From Octopus sinensis (taxonomy: Eukaryota), in NCBI RefSeq assembly GCF_006345805.1, contig NC_043012.1:21452001-21516000 (forward strand): a stretch of 64,000 nucleotides of DNA, written 5' to 3'. This document shows positions 1 through 13,892 of this stretch, in pieces. The notes below the pieces were generated by a model that made no database searches, was not told the DNA's origin, and worked only from the letters and a program-made list of their open reading frames with translations. Each line of letters opens with the position of its first letter. The first letter of the stretch is position 1. The translations under genes were made by a program, and so were the position numbers.

Positions 1-329
1 TCTAAATTACAATCATTACCGGGTTCGATGTAATCGCCTGTTACCCTCCTCTAATTTCCAGGCTTTGGGCCCTATCCGGGAAACAATAAATAGAAATTCG
101 CTAATCACACGGTAGTGGTGAGCGTGGATGGCCGAGTGGATAAGGATACTGAAACCACCAGCTGAGAAATCGATGGTTCATATCTGATCAGCAACAGTAC
201 ATTCTGTGAGGTACTGCTAACAACTAACGCTCAAATAGTCCTAAGAGCAGGCTGCCGTCCCAGACAACATTAACGGTTGTTCATTATAGCTTGAGGTGCA
301 GATAACGAGGGAATCTGCTCTATTGTTGT

Positions 330-800
330 CTCTCGAACGCAAGACATAACAGCTACATCTCCCTGAAATCACCTTAGATACTCAACAACACGTGCAGATT
401 CCATAACTGAGGCTGCCAAGATAGCTTTGAATAAAGGTGGTAGATAAAGGTGGTATTTTTCTCAAGCGAACAGTTCATCCCGAAGCCTCAGATTTCTCTT
501 TTCTCTAAACTCATTCAAATTCAGGAAAAAAATGTACTCATAACATACGTATTAGTAGTTACAAGATGCATCTCACCGATGGTCTGGGATGCTTCATTAG
601 TAATATTTCTGCGGTCTCAGGTTTTTCTGGTCTGTCAACATCAAGTAACCCCTGACCCAGTTGTTCAAGCCCCAGCTTCCATCCCAGCAGCAACCGCAGA
701 CCATTGATCTACCACCTCACCTCATATTCTAGAAAGGTTATCTTTTCCTGATGAAGTCTAATAAGTTAGAAACATGTCTGGTGTTTCCACTATAAGGCTA
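330..800 (+). mobile_element. Probable decayed Penelope-like terminal fragment with degenerate hammerhead motif
   Basis: CTGATGA(748-754)...GAAA CATG TC(769-778) with palindromic ACATGT in stem III. Stems I and II are poorly paired. The left boundary is approximate. Confidence 0.35.
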
Positions 801-1169
801 AGATCAGGTTTACCCGCCACACGTATACACACACACACAGCATTGGTTACATTTTATTCCCAATTAATTTTAATTAATTTAAAATAACCAGGGTAATCTT
901 CCTTACCTTTCTGAACTAAACTTAATCATTAAGTTAATGATTCTTTCTCTTCACCACGGATGAAGTTTAAATTTATTACAATTTCCTTGCTCGCAACATG
1001 ATGTTAGCACTGACTTTGCAATTTAGCTTCACTGCAGAGCGTGTCCCTGAGTATTTTCCCCAGTCTTTGGGTAAAGCAATCGGTTAGATAAGTCTATGTA
1101 AATGAGTAGTGGGCACGGTTGGAATCGAAGATACACTTCCTGATGGCTTTGTCTGGAAACTGAATCGTT

Positions 1170-1380
1170 TGCACGCCGGACGAAACGCTTACCGGCTTTT
1201 CATCCGTTTTTTTTTAAAGTTCTGAGTTCAAATTCCACTGAGGTCGACTTTACCTTTCATCCTTTCGGGGTCAATAAAACAAGTACTCGTTGAATATTAG
1301 AGGTGGGGTGGGGGTCGATGTAATCGATTTATACTTCCTTCGAACTTACTGGCCTTGTACCAAGATTTGGAACCCATATT
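1170..1380 (+). mobile_element. SINE family C, diverged copy
   Basis: Contains gagttcaaattcc (B-box-like) and ctttcatcctttcggggtcaataaaa, the core shared with the full copy at 18872-19104. Confidence 0.75.
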
Positions 1381-1428
1381 TATATCACAAATATGTGTGT
1401 GTATGTATGTATACATGCATACATACAT

Positions 1429-1467
<39 letters not shown>

Positions 1468-1485
1468 TACATATATATATATATA

Positions 1486-1843
1486 TGGAGGCGCAATGGC
1501 CCAGTGGTTAGGGCAGCGGACTCGCGGTCGTAGGATCGCGGTTTCGATTCCCAGACCGGGCGTTGTGAGTGTTTATTGAGTGAAAACACCTAAAGCTCCA
1601 CGAGGCTCCGGTGATCCCTGCTGTACTCTTTCACCACAACTTTCTCTCACTCTTACTTCCTGTTTCTGTTGTACCTGTATTTCAAAGGGCCGGCCTTGTC
1701 ACTCTTTGTGTCACGCTGAACTACGTTAAGGGTACACGTGTCTGTGGAGTGCTCAGCCACTTACACATTAATTTCACGAGCAGGCTGTTCCGTTGATCGG
1801 ATCAACCGGAACCCTCATCGTCGTAACCGACGGAGTGCTTCCA
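1486..1843 (+). mobile_element. tRNA-derived SINE family B, inserted in (TA)n
   Basis: A-box TGGCCCAGTGG and B-box GGTTTCGATTCCC. Near-identical to 19570-19953 and 35357-35740 apart from two short internal deletions. Confidence 0.9.
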
Positions 1844-2009
1844 CTATATATATATATATAATAATATTATATATATATATTATATATGTGTGTGGTGTGT
1901 GTGGTGTGTGTGTGTGTGTGATTGTGCATACTTATATATATGTATACATATATTTTATCTTTTACTTGTTTAACTTATTAGACTGCGGCCATGCTGTAGC
2001 ACCGCCTTG

Positions 2010-2850
2010 AATTTATGTGGACACGCTAGAAGACATCGAAAAATTAAGACAACTTAGAAAACAAATCCATTCCAAAATTTACCATCCGTAATAATGCAAA
2101 CACGACTCCATTTCTAAATATAAATATCTAGGGACATCCCACATGTGGATATCGATATCTTTTATGCATATCAAAGACGCATATAAATGTATATGTTTAC
2201 ATGGAAACGGTGAATGTCCACACAGCTGCAAAATGTCGGCGATAAAATCCCTACTTAAAAAAGCGTTTAGATTCTCTTTTGCAAGCAAAAGTACTAAATA
2301 AAGAAAATCCACAAAATCTCTTTCATAAAAGAAGTATTAAACAAAAAAAATCTACAAGATAAAGCAAATACTAATTAACAACGGATGTTCTAACAGACTA
2401 GTAAATCAAGCCACAGAAGTTTGTAGACACAAGTACAATGCAATAAATATCCAGACATTATATTCATTAAAAAGAACACAAATCACACATAAAGTTTATT
2501 AATCAATTGCATGCTAACTATAGAACAGACGAACACATTAACAAAAATCTCATAAAATGGATCATAAAATGCGGAACTCCAAACCATAAGTTGACGCTAA
2601 TAATATACTTTAAAAATATCAATAACAAAATCGGCTTTATCAACGACAAACCACAACTATGTAAACCAGAAAACAAGCTTCAAATGACAAATACCATTCA
2701 GAATAACCATTGTAAACAAGACAGTTGTAAACTTAATGACTCCAACTGTTGCACTGGAAATACAAGTACAATACTCTCCCGTGGATTCAACATGCTCATC
2801 ATACAGCAAGGAGCGACTCACTAAATCTCACAATATAAAACAAACTCGAT
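2010..2850 (+). pseudogene. Decayed Penelope-like element ORF (RT thumb plus GIY-YIG remnants)
   Basis: Frameshifted motifs KFTIRNNANTTPFLNINI, CPHSCKMSAIKSLLKKAFRFS, IKQILINNGCSNRLV and CTGNTSTILSRGFNMLIIQQGA match PLE RT and YIG-box consensus patterns. Confidence 0.7.
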
Positions 2851-2869
2851 GGGAAAATACTAATGGATT

Positions 2870-3990
2870 TCACTGTACAGATTTCTGTAGAGAATAAGTG
2901 TGAAATTCACTGAAGGTTTCCTATCTAGCTTTGCCTTATGTTGAGTGGCGTAGTATGTTGCTATGGCTCTTTGTGCAACTGTATGCTGAGTCCACTTTAT
3001 ATACAGGAAGCAAAACTCGGAAAATAATAGATAATTCACCAAATTATTTAGCGAAGTTGTCTTCGCAGAATTTCTGCACTTTCTTCGCCGTATGAGCAGG
3101 GGCACCATCTTGAGTCCACACACGATTACAGTTGAAGTAATTAGACTTCAGCTAAGGCAATACTTTATACCGCAGGACTTTATAATAAACGTCAGCACCC
3201 CACCACCACCACCACCACTACCTTTTTCCCCAGACTTGAAAATAATGGAGAGGCACTTTTTTTTTCTGTCAGACGCCACGACTCCGAGTACCATGACTTG
3301 AGCTAGGTGCTTAGTTCTAAAAACGCCCTCTACTTCAGAAGGTGACTTAACAATGTATCGATGATTGGGACGGTTTAAAATTGCATCAACGGTAAAGATT
3401 TTGTTATCTGAAAAGATTTTGACGGTTTGTCCATTGTGCTTTAGGTATCGCAACACATTTTTGGCCCTTTCATGCCTTCTGGCTTTCATTGCATGGGTTA
3501 GTAGGTGTCTCGGAGTCCTCACGTATGACCCCCAACTATAAATCAGTGTGAACAGCATTTCTGAAGGTCTTTGGATCAACTTGTTTGTCCATGGACAGTT
3601 TTCTTAAGGATGTTGTTGGGTCTTCCGAAATTATGGCTTTGAGAGATTTAAGAAATGTATTATCCTATTTTTTTTTATGTCTGCTCTTTCTTGCTTTCTC
3701 TTGATGCCTCCAATATACAGCATTCGGTTATTAACGATGTAGACATTGCTCACAGAGGGCCCGGCAGTTTCAGCAATACCGTTAATTGCAACCCGGGTAC
3801 GAAGCAAATCTGCAATGCGTTGTCTCTTGGCTTCTTGTGTGGACATGTTAAATCGTATGACTGGAACTTTTGCTTAAATTAACTCTATATACCTCCACTC
3901 TGAAACAGAAAAGAATATTTTAGAATTTACCATCAGGAATAATACAAAAAGTAAGGCTTCCAAAATATTCTAAGTTTTACTTCCTGACCC
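2870..3990 (-). pseudogene. Decayed Tc1/mariner-superfamily transposase, maT/DD37D-like
   Basis: HTH N-terminus MSTQEAKRQRIADLL (3846), then FSDNKIFTVD...RTKHLAQVMVLGVVASD (3579-3148 ORF), then QDGAPAHTAKKVQKFCEDNF (about 3110-3050) in different frames. Ends approximate. Confidence 0.8.
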
Positions 3991-3999
3991 TATGTATAT

Positions 4000-4070
<71 letters not shown>

Positions 4071-4129
4071 GTATGCATATATACATACATATATGTACGT
4101 ACCTACATCTACATGTATATAAACATGCA

Positions 4130-4307
4130 TATATGGGTACAGGACACCAAAAAAAAAACGTCGAACACAATGAGAAACGAAAACATAAACGCAAAACCAA
4201 GGAAATGGACATTTTTCTTAAACAACGAAAAACTACGGCACAGGACATACAGCACAAGGAAAATTCCCCTTCTTCAGTCGCCTCTGTTTCATCTACTCCG
4301 CGTTTCG

Positions 4308-4312
<5 letters not shown>
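4130..4312 (-). mobile_element. Short (TA)n-embedded repeat, related to 40385-40572
   Basis: Both share the gcatatatgggtacaggac end and sit between TA/TACA microsatellites. PLE origin is inferred. Confidence 0.45.
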
Positions 4313-4352
<40 letters not shown>

Positions 4353-4365
4353 GTATATATATATG

Positions 4366-4402
<37 letters not shown>

Positions 4403-4650
4403 CATACATACATACATACATACATGCATACATACATACATACATACATACATACATGCATGCATACATACATACATACATACATACAAACTCCCTCTTG
4501 TGAGAGGTAAATATTTTAATCACACTGCATTAAAATAAGAGATAATAGTTTCTTGCCAATAAGACACGTGGTTAGGAAGGTTATAAAAACCTGCCTAAAT
4601 ACGTGTCGTAATGGCAAGAAAGTAATGTACATTAAGTTATGTGTGTGCAT

Positions 4651-4681
<31 letters not shown>

Positions 4682-4719
4682 CGCGTGTGTGTGCCATACA
4701 TGTGAATATATACATTCCT

Positions 4720-4944
4720 TTATTTGTTCCAGTCATTTGACTGCGGCCCTGCTGGAGCATCGCCTTTTAGTCGAAGGAATCGACCCCCGGACTTCTCCAT
4801 TGTAAGCCTGGTACTTATTCCATCTCCCTTTTGCCGAACCGCTAAGTTATGGGGACGTAAACACACCAACACACCAACACTGGTTGCCAAGCGATAGTGG
4901 GGAGACAACCACAGACACACAAACATATACACACAAACACACAG

Positions 4945-4960
<16 letters not shown>
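4720..4960 (-). mobile_element. SINE family A, 3' half
   Basis: cagtcatttgactgcggcc...gaaccgctaag...aaacacacc matches the full copies. Confidence 0.85.
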
Positions 4961-5004
<44 letters not shown>

Positions 5005-5213
5005 TATATATATATACATGTATTTTTAAAATACATATAAGCACATTAATATACACATCTCTCTGCTTCTATGTATGAAAAGTATATGTAACTAAACTCC
5101 AGTTTTAATGTGCCAATTAGATATATGCACAAGATATCTTTATATATACATATGAATGGGAGATTATTATGCATGTGCGTGTGTGTGTGTGTGTGTGCAC
5201 GTATAAATAGACG

Positions 5214-5245
<32 letters not shown>

Positions 5246-5279
5246 CTCGCATACATATGTGCATATATATATATTGACA

Positions 5280-5490
5280 AGGAGGTCGAGGTGGTGGTAG
5301 TGGTGGCGGAGAAAGAGAAAGAGGAGGAGGAGGAGGAGGAGGAGGTGGTAGTGGAGGCGGGGAGGGGTGGGGGGGGAGGAGGCTGAGGAGGCGGAGGCGG
5401 AGGAGGAAGAGGAGGTGGTGGAGGAGGAGTAAGAGGTGGTGGTGGTGGAGGAGGAGGAGGAGGAGGTGGTGGAGGAGGAGGAGGAGGAGG
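5280..5490. repeat. (GGA/GGT)n purine-rich trinucleotide tract
   Basis: Direct reading; source of the poly-Pro ORF 5167-5568. Confidence 0.9.
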
Positions 5491-7598
5491 GATGTGGACG
5501 GTGGTGACGATGATTAATGCAGTACTGTATCTAAAGTTAAAGCCGCCATCATTCAGATTGTTGTTCACGGTCGGCTGTTATTGAATCGATAAAAGTTTGG
5601 CAGAAACATTGAGAAACAAGAGAGAAATAAATAAAATAAATAAAAAACGAGAAAGCCAGTGTGTGAGTAAGAGATACGAAGGAAAACTCCGTGCTGGCGT
5701 GAGTGTGTGTGTGTGTGTGTTATGAGATTTGTAGAGACCCGGTGAAGGAAGACAGTGTAGGGGGGAAAGACAAGATTATGAGAATAGGGAGAGAAAGAGA
5801 GAAGTGAAGAACGAGAGAGAGGGGGGTTACCAGAGATGGGGGGGGGGAGAGAAGGAACGAAGCGTTGAATGGGACTATGAAGAGAAATAAGGATTGATAC
5901 TGAAATAGAAATGAGAGTTGAGTGAAAAGTGAGATGAGGAAAGGCTTCCAGCGGAACGAAACACAACTGGGGGGGAATTGTGATGGGTCGCGGAGCAGGG
6001 AAAATAAATTAGGACAAGAGAGGTAAATGAATAGAGGAAAGTGAAAGTGAAAGTAGAAGAAGAAGGGGAAAGGGAGGGGGTAAAAGAGACAGGAGTGAGA
6101 TGAAGAGGGAGAGAGAGAGAGAGCGCGAGAGAGAGAATAAGAGGAAACAAGGAATGAGGTAAAAGGAAGAGAATGGGGTAAGAGAAAGTGTGACGGGAAG
6201 GAAGGGGTTCATAAGGAAGGCCAAGAGGCGAAGTAAGAGGAGGGACAAGTAACGAGCTTCGGCCGCATAAACTGCAGCACATTCTGCAACACCTACAGCA
6301 GCATCAGCAGCAGCAGCAGCAGCACACAACAATAACCACTGATACTCTAACATCAGCAGCATCACAACTACCACCACCACCAACAACAACAACACCACCA
6401 CCAACACCAACACCACCGCCATCTTCATCAACAGGTCTCAAGCAATCACCCTCCTCATTGTACGTCGATGAAGCCTTTGCATGGTTACTCGATCTGCTAG
6501 AAAGAGAAGTCAAATCTCATTCTTATTACAACCTTCCGGTTTAAGTAGACAAAAACAACGAGAACAGCAACATTAACAACAAAGCAGTGAGGGCGTACCC
6601 TGACTCGTCCGGCTAGAAATAACAGCCAAATTTCCCTGGAATCACACCGTACTGTATATTTTGGAAAGAGTACATTATCTCATTTAGTCTTAGATACACT
6701 GCACCTAAAGGAAAAGCAGGACAGTCGACTATCTATCACCATAGGTCCAGTCTATTACCGAGGTCGACCTTGAATCACATCCTTTCGGGGTCAATAATAT
6801 AAGTACCAATTGAATACTGGCGTTGATGCGATCGACTTCCCCCTCCCCTCAAAAAAATTACTGGCCTTGTGCCAAAATTAGAAAGAAAAGAAAACAATAA
6901 TAACAGCATCACCATCTGCTATTTTCGGTATTATTTACACTTCCACCATCATCATCAAGTATCATCCTCACCATCACCATCAAACGGGGCAGTCTGTAAA
7001 CAGCCGTTCAAAGATGCTAGAAATAGCTGCCAAATTTTCGTCAAATCACACGCAGCCATCCTTTTAAAGAGAGCACATTTGACAATGCAATCCTAGATAC
7101 ACCGTGTCAAGTAAAGGAAGGGATGTTCGAGGCCCGAGTGCCTTTTGTCATAGGTTTACTCGATCACGACTTACCTGGGGGTTAAACAACATCACCATAA
7201 CTATCATCAACATCACTGTCACCCCCGTCATCATCGTCATCACCATTACTCCCAACAACGCCCCCTTTCCAATGGAAGAGCCTCTGCGCAGTCACTCGGC
7301 ATGCAAAGTAGAGCAACCCAACCTTCCTCAGATCGTATCTAATCTACAAATCGAAACAAGGAAAGGACACAATGTGGCCCTAGGCTCCTCGAAAAAGATG
7401 TTGGGACGGTCATGCCTTTGACCATCGGGGTTAAAAAGACGAGATGGCTAGGCGTGAATGCTTTTAATCAGTGATCTGCTCGATCCGGGTTGACCAGGGG
7501 CCAAACAACGACAACAACAATACTAACAAACATATTGGGAACGGTGTTTTCTCTTCAAACACGCATTCAAGCTTAAGTTTCCTCGCTACCATCGCCAC

Positions 7599-7658
<60 letters not shown>

Positions 7659-7817
7659 CACTTCATATTTTGTTAATCACTCATTCTCATTTAATTGTAT
7701 ATATTTTAATTATTTGTTTATTCATATGTTTCGTCTCATTCGATACCATGACCCCAACGTTTGTTTTGTCTGTCCCCGTATTGTCCCCTCTTTTTCTCAA
7801 CCTTGTAGTGAATAAAG

Positions 7818-7873
<56 letters not shown>

Positions 7874-9868
7874 ACTCAAATGCGCGCACTCACACCTGAC
7901 TCAAGCACATGCAAACTGAAACATACATTCTGGAACCGTGAAAACGCCGTGCAACAGATAACGACAGTCTTTGACTTCGACTGACACTCTAAAGAACACG
8001 ACTATAGATTCTAACCATTCTTTGCTTCTCCCGATGCTACATTGGAGTCCCCTTCTCCATCCATCCATTTTCTCCGCCCGCTATTCCTGAGAGAATTACG
8101 GAGACTGAGTCTTCTAGAGCCAAGCTTCCATCGCGATGTATTTCCTTAATTCTCTCAATTCCCTGCAGCGAATACACTCGTCTGCGTCGTTTGTTAAGAT
8201 CAGATGCCTTCGTATTCCCATTTTGTCGGATACGACTAAGTAAATCCGTATATAAAAAGAAAAAAACGCAGCTTTGCAGCAGGGTCGTGTAAGCAGAAGC
8301 GACAGTCAGGGCATTCTGGGTAGCGTGGCATTGTGGGTAATTGCTGCAATGAGTTTCTGCGCGATCCGTGTTATCACAGATAGATTCGTGATAAGCGTAA
8401 CATGATTCACAATTGAGTGAACCGTGTTATGCCGGATCAGTGGCGAATGGCTCAATGATTAATAAGGCTACACGTATTAATGGCGAGCATCGTTATATAG
8501 AGGATAGAAGGCCCAGTTACAAATCTGCCGTCAATCACGCATAATGCCAGCAGTCTGAAGGAAAGGGCATCAGTCGTCACCGTCGACCCCAGGACCTGAC
8601 TGATACTTCATCGACCCTGAGAAATTGAAAGGCAAGGTTGATTTTGGTGGGGTTTGAACCTAGAACATGAAGAACCGGAACAAACACCGCAGAGTATGTT
8701 TTTTTTCCCCCCAACGCTCTAACGATTCCCCCAGGTCGCTGCGAAGAAAATGCTTTGCCGTATTTCTCCCAGCTCTTTACGTTCAAGGTTCAAATCTTTC
8801 CGTGGTCAAATTTGTGTTTCATCCCTTCGGGGTCGATAAATAAAGCACAAGTCAAGTATTGAGTGTTGGTAATATAAAAAAAAATTCCTCTCTTCCTCTC
8901 AAAATTGCTGGCCTTTTGTCTAAATCAGAAATCCTTCGAACATGTTTTAATGGTGATCACCGCTAAATCGAACCAAGAAAGACACATTGTGCTTCTGCAG
9001 TCAATCATCCAGCACAATACAATTGTTAATAGCGAGCATTGTACGATAGAATGTAGGAGTTACACTACATACCTTCCATCAATTGTTTTCCACATTATAT
9101 TACAGTGTATTACTATAAATAGAATCACATCACTCAGATCAGTCATGAGCCGTAGTTTAACCTGTTATTCCTAGGGTTAAACGAGGCCGGATATTAACCT
9201 GTTATCCATGGCGCATAAGGGACCGAGAGTAGGACAGTTCCCAGCTTGAACGGGAGGACGGTGTGTCTCAGGGTTAACTTCCTAGTTATTGCTGGAACTT
9301 AGTTGCAGCTGAGTGAACTGGAGCAACGTGAAATGAAGGCATTTTGCTCAAAGAACACAACACACCGCTCGGCCTGAGGATCGAAACTACAACCTTACAA
9401 TCGTATTTTTAACACCCTAGCCGCTAGGTGACGCAACTTCGCAGAGTATATGCAATACGATGCCTATATTAATGACGAACACCGCTAAACTGAAGGCCTG
9501 GCTACAGTTCTGTCATTAACCACCTTCCACAGTACCTCATGACCCTTTTCTAGTAGGCACAAGGCCTAAAATTTGGAGGTAGGAAGCTAGTCGATGCCAT
9601 CGACCCCAGTACTCAACTGGTACTTTATTTTATCGACCCGGAAAGGATGAAAGGCGAAGTTGACCTCGGAGCGTTTGAATTCAGAACGTAAAGACGGACT
9701 AAATGCCAGTAAGCATTTTGTCCGGCGTGCTAACGTTTCACAGCCTTAGTATATGATTCCTCATATACAAACTATTACAATGTAACATATATTAATGACC
9801 AGCATTGCTAAACAGAATGTAGACAGATTCTGATATCAATGGCTTTTCACAGAATCGTTTGTTTCTAT

Positions 9869-10080
9869 TACTCTTTTACTCTTTTACTTGTTTCAGTCAT
9901 TTGACTGCGGCCATGCTGGAGCACCGCTTTAGTCGAGCAAATCAAACCCGGGACTTATTCTTGTAAGCCCAGTACTTATTCTATCGGTCTCTTTTGCCGA
10001 ACCGCTAAGTGACGGGGACGTAAAACACACAGCATCGGTTGTCAAGCAATGCTAGGGGGACAAACACAGACACACAAACC

Positions 10081-10165
<85 letters not shown>

Positions 10166-10324
10166 TACGACAGGCTTCTTTCAGTTTCCGTCTACCAAAT
10201 CCACTCACAAGGCATTGGTCGGCCCGGGGCTATAGCAGAGACACTGCCCAAGATGCCACGCAGTGGGACTGAACCCGGAACATGTGGTTGGTTAACAAGC
10301 TACTACCACACAGCCACTCCTGCG
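9869..10324 (-). mobile_element. tRNA-derived SINE family A, full length with internal (TA)n/(TG)n microsatellite
   Basis: A-box-like TGGCTGTGTGG in the head, B-box-like GGTTCAGTCCC and (AGAGTAAA)n tail. At least 8 near-identical full copies occur in the window. Confidence 0.92.
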
Positions 10325-10806
10325 TTTTTTTTTTGGGGGGGGGGTTCAGTTGGGGGTGAACTCCCCTGTCGCAGATGACTGATAAGGATTCCACTATTTC
10401 TTGCAAAACAACCTGCGTAGACGATTCGTTTTATAGTGATCAAATGTTTGCACTGTACATTAGCACACTGTCTCCCGCCATCAAATCGACGTCTCCTGAA
10501 CAGGTGCCACGGTGTACAAACACGTTAAACACCGATGTGATTGCAGAGCAACGCGAGATGAAGTGTTCTACTCAAGAACACCCGATCCGGGAAATGAACC
10601 CACGCTTTTACGATCACGAGTGCAACTGCTTAACCACAAGGCCACACGCCTTCATGCACAGTACAGCAGACTATAATATACTGTATAATGTACATGTTAT
10701 ACACATCACATACACTCTATTACAGCACATGTACTGATGGCAAACACTGTTAAACAGAACATCTGAGTACAGTGAAGTACAGTAGAGCAGAGTACATACA
10801 GTAGGA

Positions 10807-11005
10807 TGAGGTGGAACTGAAAAGTTCCTGGATTTAGGTAAAAGAAAACACAGATTTTATTCAACACATCCCCCTCTCAGGTTCATACATTTACTGCAGC
10901 GGTCCTTCAGTTTTTCTAAGTCCTGTAAAAGAACTTGGAAAGTTGGACCCCCAGCCAGGCCTTTCGCGACACCCTTAAAGCCAAGAACTTTTCAGCACTC
11001 CTTTG
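10807..11005. mobile_element. Mariner-type MITE
   Basis: Imperfect TIRs ctgaaaagttcctggattta / taaagccaagaacttttcag with TA at the right end. Confidence 0.7.
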
Positions 11006-12179
11006 TATGTATAATAATGGCGAACACCGTTAAAGAGAACATAGAAGCTACACGACAGTTTTGCCACCAAGTCCCTTCCACAGTACATTACTGCACAGTA
11101 CTGTACAACGCGCATATTAATGACATGTAGATACACTACGGCATAGTGCAATGCCGCATGTGTTAATGACGAGTAGGGTTAGATAGGAGTAAGTTAACAA
11201 AAACCAGTATTCATTTCAATTCAGTTTTTTTAGCCAATAGTTTTGACCCGGAATTTGACGATTGGAGGGCGATTGTTTGAGCGCTGGCAATTTGGCACGG
11301 CAGACTAGACATTGAACCTGTTTTGGCGATGGTACTTTTTTGGCACACACACACACACACACACACAACACACACACACACACACACACACATACACACA
11401 CGTACACGCACGCACATGTGCACAGAAATATGTGTAGATACATATAGAAAGAGAGAGAGAGAGGAAGGTAAAGAGAAGCATTACAGCATAATAATTAAAC
11501 GCGACTGACAAAAATATGTTCGGTCTCCTCAAAAATATAAAGAGAAATATACTCACACACATAAACAGAGAGAGGGTGAGGCGAGGAGAGAGGGAGGGGA
11601 CGGGAATAGAAAGAGAGACATTAAAACGCTTAAAGTCAACTAAATCAGCGTCGAATCGGCACCGTTGTGCCAAAACGCCAAGATGCCAAGACGTCTCATA
11701 CCGTTTCCACTTTGGTGGTTAATGTATTTGTTAAGGATAAGGACATTACTATTTACCGTTACTAATTTTCTAGCCCATCGCAGACAACACTGTAAATTCC
11801 GTTCGTAACCACGGAATCGCATCTTGGCATGTAACAGCTACTCAGATTGAACCAACGGATTGTGCGAGGCATTTCATAGACGGAAACTATGTAGAAGCCT
11901 GCCGATGGAACACTTCCTGTTCTTGGATGGTGACTCAATCTGCCACTCGGTTAGCATCCCTGCCAGGTGCTGGAACGTCCTTAGCGGGTTATATTCTGTT
12001 GTAAGCATTTAATCCGTCTCTCCGGGTTGAGACAAACGTCCTCCCTTCTTTCCGTCATTCTTGGAAGATCTGAAAAACATCATGGCGGTTGTGTGTGTGT
12101 TGTGTGTGCGAGTGTATGTATGTATGTGTGTGTGTATGTGTTGTGTGTTTGTGTGTGTGTGTGTATGTGTCTGTACGTA

Positions 12180-12441
12180 TACTCTTTTACTCTTTTACTT
12201 GTTTCAGTCATTTGACTGCGGCCATGCTGGAGCACCGCCTTTTAGTCGAGCAAATCGACCCCGGGACTTATTCTTTGTAAGCCCAGTACTTATTCTATCG
12301 GTCTCTTTTGCCGAACCGCTAAGTGACGGGGACGTAAACACACCAGCATCGGTTGTCAAGCAATGCTAGGGGGACAAACACACACACACAACACACCACA
12401 CACACCACACACACACAAACACACACACACATACACACACA

Positions 12442-12476
<35 letters not shown>

Positions 12477-12636
12477 CGACAGGATTCTTTCAGTTTCCGT
12501 TACCAAAATCCACTCACAAGGCATGGGTCGGCCGGGGCTATAGCAGAAGACACGCCCAAGATGCCACGCAGTGGGACTGAACCCGGAACCATGTGGTTGG
12601 TTAGCAAGCTACTTACCACACAGCCACTCCTGCGCC
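12180..12636 (-). mobile_element. SINE family A, full length
   Basis: Same structure as 9869-10324. Confidence 0.92.
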
Positions 12637-12639
12637 TGC

Positions 12640-13185
12640 GCCATATATGTATGTATACATATATAGATATGTATACGTATGTGTGTGTGTGTGAGTGTGT
12701 GTATGTGTGAATGTTGTGTGTGTGTTTACGTATGTATACATATAAATATGTGTGCGTGCGTATGTATGTGTACGTGTGAGTACGTATGTATACATATACA
12801 AATGTGTGAGCGTATGTGTCTATGCGTGTGAATGCGTGTGTGTGTACGTATGTATACATATATGTTCGCGCACGTGTGTGTGTATGCGTATGTGTATGTA
12901 TGTGTGTTTACGTATGTATACATATATAAATATGTGTGTGCGTATGCGTGTTTGTGTGTATGTGTGTGTATGCGTGTGTGTACGTATGTATACATATATG
13001 TGTGTCCTTGCGCGCGCGTATGAGTGCGTGTGAACGTGTGTGCGTACGTGTGTGTGTGTGTGTGCGTACGTGTGTGTGTGTGTATGTGTGTGTGTATGCG
13101 TGTGTGTACGTATTTATGCATATATGTGTGTGCTTACGCGCGCATGTGAGTGCGTGTGTGCGTACGTGTGAGTGTGTGTGCGTAC

Positions 13186-13270
<85 letters not shown>

Positions 13271-13280
13271 GTGTGTGTAT
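12640..13280. repeat. Compound (GT)n minisatellite with recurring tacgtatgtatacatat unit
   Basis: About 6-7 imperfect higher-order units; source of the MCVCV-type ORFs. Confidence 0.85.
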
Positions 13281-13483
13281 AGATTTTAGTCGAAGAAATC
13301 GAACCCCAGTTTTTTTTATTTCGTAGGCTGATAATTATTCAATCGGTTCTCTTTTGCCGAACCACTCAGTTACGATGACGTAAACAACCAACATAGGTTG
13401 TCGAGCAACGGGATAGGGACAAACACAACACAACACACACACACACACACATGGACACGATATGTATATATGTATGTACGACC

Positions 13484-13530
<47 letters not shown>

Positions 13531-13892
13531 AGGTGTACGTGTCCTCGTTAATGTTTGCCGATTTACAGCAGCTTGTCGAGTTGTTTGCTTTTACTTTAAA
13601 ATCGCACCATAGAGATTCGTTAAACAGAAATCGATAAAAATAAGCCAGCGCCCTAGCATCGCAGCAATCTAGTTACTAAAAAAACAGTTTATAGAATTCT
13701 AGATGTATACACATAAATAAAGCAGCGCTTCGGTATAAACCTAGTATTATATGATGTCTTACACACAGAACATATGTTACAAATTAATATCTATGAAGTA
13801 AAAAAAAAAAAGAACCAATTTTGGTTTCCGTTTGATTTTTCTTTTTACCGTTTCCTCATGTTATTCTATAATATTTTTTCTGTTTCTGCCTT

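Noticed and set aside
1487-1560. tRNA genes at SINE heads (families A, B and C)
   Set aside because: A and B boxes are present but continue into SINE bodies with tails and TSDs, and no complete cloverleaf was seen.
4262-4312. Possible permuted (type II) hammerhead: CTTC-GAAA-CGCG...CTGAAGA-AG on the minus strand
   Set aside because: U16.1 is absent (GAAACGCGG) and no stem I can form.
5167-5568. Poly-proline ORF (formin/WASP-like appearance)
   Set aside because: Derived from a (GGA/GGT)n repeat and runs into TA/CA microsatellites. It has no flanking domain or splice sites.
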